NCBI RefSeq assembly: GCF_006345805.1
Contig: NW_021826931.1
Location: 1 to 11,498 of the forward strand
DNA from: Octopus sinensis
Lineage: Eukaryota
DNA length: 11,498 nt
Reading direction: 5' to 3'
The position numbers and the translations under genes were made by a program. Position 1 is the first letter of the stretch, and every line of letters begins with the position of its first letter. The notes beneath the pieces were generated by a model that saw nothing but the letters and a program-made list of their open reading frames with translations, had not been told where the DNA came from and did no database searches. Positions 8,668 through 11,498 of the stretch are shown piece after piece.

Positions 8668-9225
8668 GTGTGAGAGAGCAGTGCATGCCATCAAAGTGAC
8701 ACAGGGGTACAAATATACGAAGCCCAGTATGCCCATCATGACTACCCGTCTGATAAGGGTACACCAGGCACATGCATTAGAACCATATGTGCGCGACATG
8801 ATGATCTCATATCAAGATAAACAGCGCATGACCTTGCGGGTGAAACCCAGTTAGAACTTTCTTCAGGTTTAGTAGCCCGTCTCGCTCAAAAGATCCCTGA
8901 ATAAGGATTGTTTAAGGACGTTGAACAAAAACACCCATATTTCCAAAGGTGAATTATCCAAACTCCAAAGAATTCCTCTCAACACACGGCTATGATGCCC
9001 CTCCCCCACTACTTCTGCTCGTAATCAGAGATGCACATATCGTCAGCCACTAAGGGACATGCTCAACTGGTTATGGTCAAACAACTGACAAGCAAATCTG
9101 TGGGTTACTGAGCAGAATATTTGCTGTAGCCCATCTTTTATACCAAGACAAAAAACAATGTACATGATAACGCTTCCAATCAGTTAAGATCAGAATCCAT
9201 AAGAGCCACTGTCTGGTACTGCATC
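8668..9225 (-). mobile_element. 558-bp non-coding (AAT)n-flanked element, putative non-autonomous retroelement
   Basis: A GC-richer island bounded on both sides by (TTA)n, with no recognisable protein. It has nested inverted repeats at 9013-9117 and shares a 3'-end motif with the R4/Dong remnant. Mobility is inferred. Confidence 0.5.
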
Positions 9226-9356
<131 letters not shown>

Positions 9357-9685
9357 ATCAATTCGTTAACATCTTATCAATTAATCAAACGATTGAGATT
9401 GAATGATTAATCATTCAATTAATCAATAAATCAGCTAAGTTTGTCAGACTCCTTTCATCACCATTTGCGACCTTATCTATGATATGTCCTCATTCGTCTC
9501 CAAGTCTGCGTCAGGTCTGTCCGGCAGGTTTTTTTTTATTATTTTGTTTTGCTATTTTCTCCTTTTTCCTTGTATGCCACTTCTGCCCGTCCCCACATTA
9601 CCCGTGTCCTTCTTATGTTGCACTGTGTTTCATACGTGTCTTTCAGTGTATTTGTGGTGGTATACATACATATATATATATATAT

Positions 9686-9890
9686 GACCGCGTGTGTACC
9701 GTTGGCGATTTTTTTCCCTCTGTCTTCCCTTCTCTGGATCTTTCCTTCTCCTATATTTCCGACGAAGAGCTCCGCTCGAAACGTTAAACCCTCCTTCTTC
9801 CCTTCCTTCCTGAGCGTCCAATAATACTATATTTGTTCCACGTCCTCGCGTTGTTGTGTTTTCTCTTTGTGTTTTCATGTTTGGATTAAC
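9686..9890 (+). mobile_element. (TA)n-flanked short element, probably derived from a Penelope-like terminal repeat
   Basis: Bounded by (TA)n at 9671-9685 and from 9891. It carries a minimal hammerhead motif and its architecture is shared with an inverted element at 10385-10493. Confidence 0.55.
9756..9788 (+). ncRNA. Minimal type-I hammerhead ribozyme-like motif (variant core)
   Basis: Reads ttt-CCGACGA-a-gagc-tcc-gctc-GAAA-cgtt-aaa: stem I ttt/aaa, core CUGANGA with U4>C, stem II gagc/gctc, GAAA, palindromic ACGT stem III, and a GUU cleavage triplet. Confidence 0.6.
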
Positions 9891-9946
9891 TATATATATA
9901 TGTATGTATTTATGTATGTATGTATAGATACATACATACTACATAC

Positions 9947-10039
<93 letters not shown>

Positions 10040-10106
10040 TATATATAATATATATAATATATATATATAATATATATAATATATATATATAATATATATA
10101 ATATAT
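9891..10106. repeat. (TA)n-rich low-complexity tract
   Basis: Directly visible. Confidence 0.98.
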
Positions 10107-10171
10107 GACCACAGTCAAATGGCCATAGTCAAATGACTGAAACAAGTAAAAGAATAAAAGAAAAGAAAGAA
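10107..10171 (+). mobile_element. 3' tail fragment of SINE family 3
   Basis: ggccatagtcaaatgactgaaacaagtaaaagaataaaag matches ggccacagtctaatggctgaaagaagtaaaagataaaag at 11130-11168. Confidence 0.75.
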
Positions 10172-10291
10172 TATATATATATATATATATTATATATATT
10201 ATATATTAAAGGAAAAAGGAAAACAAAACCTTGACAGGACGAGTATTTCACTTAGGTTATTTAGAATATTCAATACAGAAAGGTGAATCCT

Positions 10292-10344
10292 TCTCTCTCT
10301 CTCTCTCTCTCACCTCTCTCTCTCCTCTCTCTCTCCTCTCTCTC

Positions 10345-10382
<38 letters not shown>
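10292..10382. repeat. (CT)n-(TA)n compound microsatellite
   Basis: Directly visible. Confidence 0.97.
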
Positions 10383-10388
<6 letters not shown>

Positions 10389-10596
10389 ATTAGTTCAAAT
10401 TTACAAACATAAAGGACAAGATAGGGGAGGAACAACAAGCAGGTGTACTAGTTTGACGCGCGGGAAGAATGGAGAAGTCTTTGACGTTTCGAGAGAACGA
10501 AAAAAACAAGCAGAACATCTGTATAGGGATTAATGTTTCACCATAATAATAAGAAAAAATAATACACATACACACACACACAGGCACACATATATT

Positions 10597-10767
10597 GCCA
10601 CAGGCGTGGTTGTGTGATAAGAAGCTTGCCTCCCAACCACATGGTTCCGCGTTCAGTCCCAGTGTGTGGCACCTTGGGCAAGTGCCTTTTACTATAGCTC
10701 CAAGCCAACCAAAGCCTTGTAAAGAAATTTGGTAGTCGGAAACTAAAAGGATCCTATCATATATGTA

Positions 10768-10804
<37 letters not shown>

Positions 10805-11172
10805 CCCACGACCACACCATTTGACCACCGGTGTGGCACCTTCGGCAAGTGTTTTCTGCTGTAGCTCCAAGCCAACCAAGGCCTTGTGAGGGGATTTGGT
10901 AGTCGGAAACTAAAAAGATCCCGTTATATATATGTTTATATGTGCGTGTGTGTGTGTGTGTGTGCCCCACGACCGCCATCATTTGACCACCGGTGTTGGT
11001 GTATTTACGTCCCTGTAAGGTAGCGGTTCGGCAAAAAAATATCGATAGAACAAGTACCAGGCTAAAAAGGAAAACAATACTGGGATTGATTTATTCGACT
11101 CAGAATTCTTCACGGTGGTGCCCCAGCATGGCCACAGTCTAATGGCTGAAAGAAGTAAAAGATAAAAGAGAT
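10597..11172 (+). mobile_element. tRNA-derived composite SINE family 3 with an internal tandem duplication and internal (TA)/(TG) microsatellites
   Basis: Head ggcgtggttgtgtgataa (A-box-like) and gcgttcagtccc (B-box-like, 10649-10660). The segment caccttgggcaagtg resembles the CORE domain. The duplicated unit is 10664-10830 / 10831-10992, and the tail is gaaagaagtaaaagataaaag. Confidence 0.8.
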
Positions 11173-11176
11173 ATGA

Positions 11177-11191
11177 GTGTGTGCGTGCGTG

Positions 11192-11230
<39 letters not shown>

Positions 11231-11264
11231 GTGTGTGTGTGTGTGTGCATGTGTGTGTGTGTGT
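11177..11264. repeat. (GT)n microsatellite
   Basis: Directly visible. Confidence 0.97.
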
Positions 11265-11340
11265 TCTTCAGACATGGCGAGTTGATAGGAGTGGGTTCGG
11301 CTTTGCATTATTGAGTAAGGTTATGTAAAGATCTTCGTCG

Positions 11341-11344
11341 TGTG

Positions 11345-11379
<35 letters not shown>

Positions 11380-11382
11380 GTG
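11341..11382. repeat. (TG)n microsatellite
   Basis: Directly visible. Confidence 0.97.
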
Positions 11383-11448
11383 TAGTATTTATGTGTTTGT
11401 CTGTATGAGAGAGGAAGCGAAAAAGAAGCGAAAGAGAAAGGTTGATAA

Positions 11449-11486
<38 letters not shown>
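11449..11486. repeat. (AG)n microsatellite
   Basis: Directly visible. Confidence 0.97.
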
Positions 11487-11490
<4 letters not shown>

Positions 11491-11498
11491 AAAGAGGG

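Noticed and set aside
8146-8854. Plus-strand ORFs with poly-I, poly-Y and poly-L, and the minus poly-N ORF
   Set aside because: They are read-throughs of the (TTA)n tract and antisense to the R4/Dong remnant, with no protein motifs.
9040-9046. Minus-strand CTGACGA as a hammerhead core in the 558-bp element
   Set aside because: There is no stem II followed by GAAA, and the CTGAC is paired in the nested stem.
9867-11308. ORFs rich in YI, HT and CV repeats
   Set aside because: These are dinucleotide microsatellite translations.

Overview
AT-rich eukaryotic intergenic or intronic DNA with no recognisable host gene, built almost entirely from repeats. The SINE families and microsatellite load resemble octopod cephalopod (Octopus-like) genomes; this attribution is from recall and is unverified. 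The window holds about ten pieces of one tRNA-derived SINE family, two other tRNA-SINE families, and decayed coding remnants of an R4/Dong-clade non-LTR retrotransposon (7589-8593, -), a MULE transposase (~5740-6405, -), a Penelope-type GIY-YIG endonuclease (~3844-4236, +) and possibly a zinc-knuckle ORF1. Two observations stand out. First, the R4/Dong remnant and an adjacent 558-bp non-coding, foldable element both sit in (AAT)n tracts and both carry CATGCAC exactly 13 nt before the (AAT)n tail, which suggests an autonomous/non-autonomous pair targeting the same microsatellite. Second, a 205-bp (TA)n-flanked element carries a minimal hammerhead-ribozyme motif with a variant core, and a related inverted half-copy lies nearby. 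Most ORFs in the supplied track are microsatellite artefacts.
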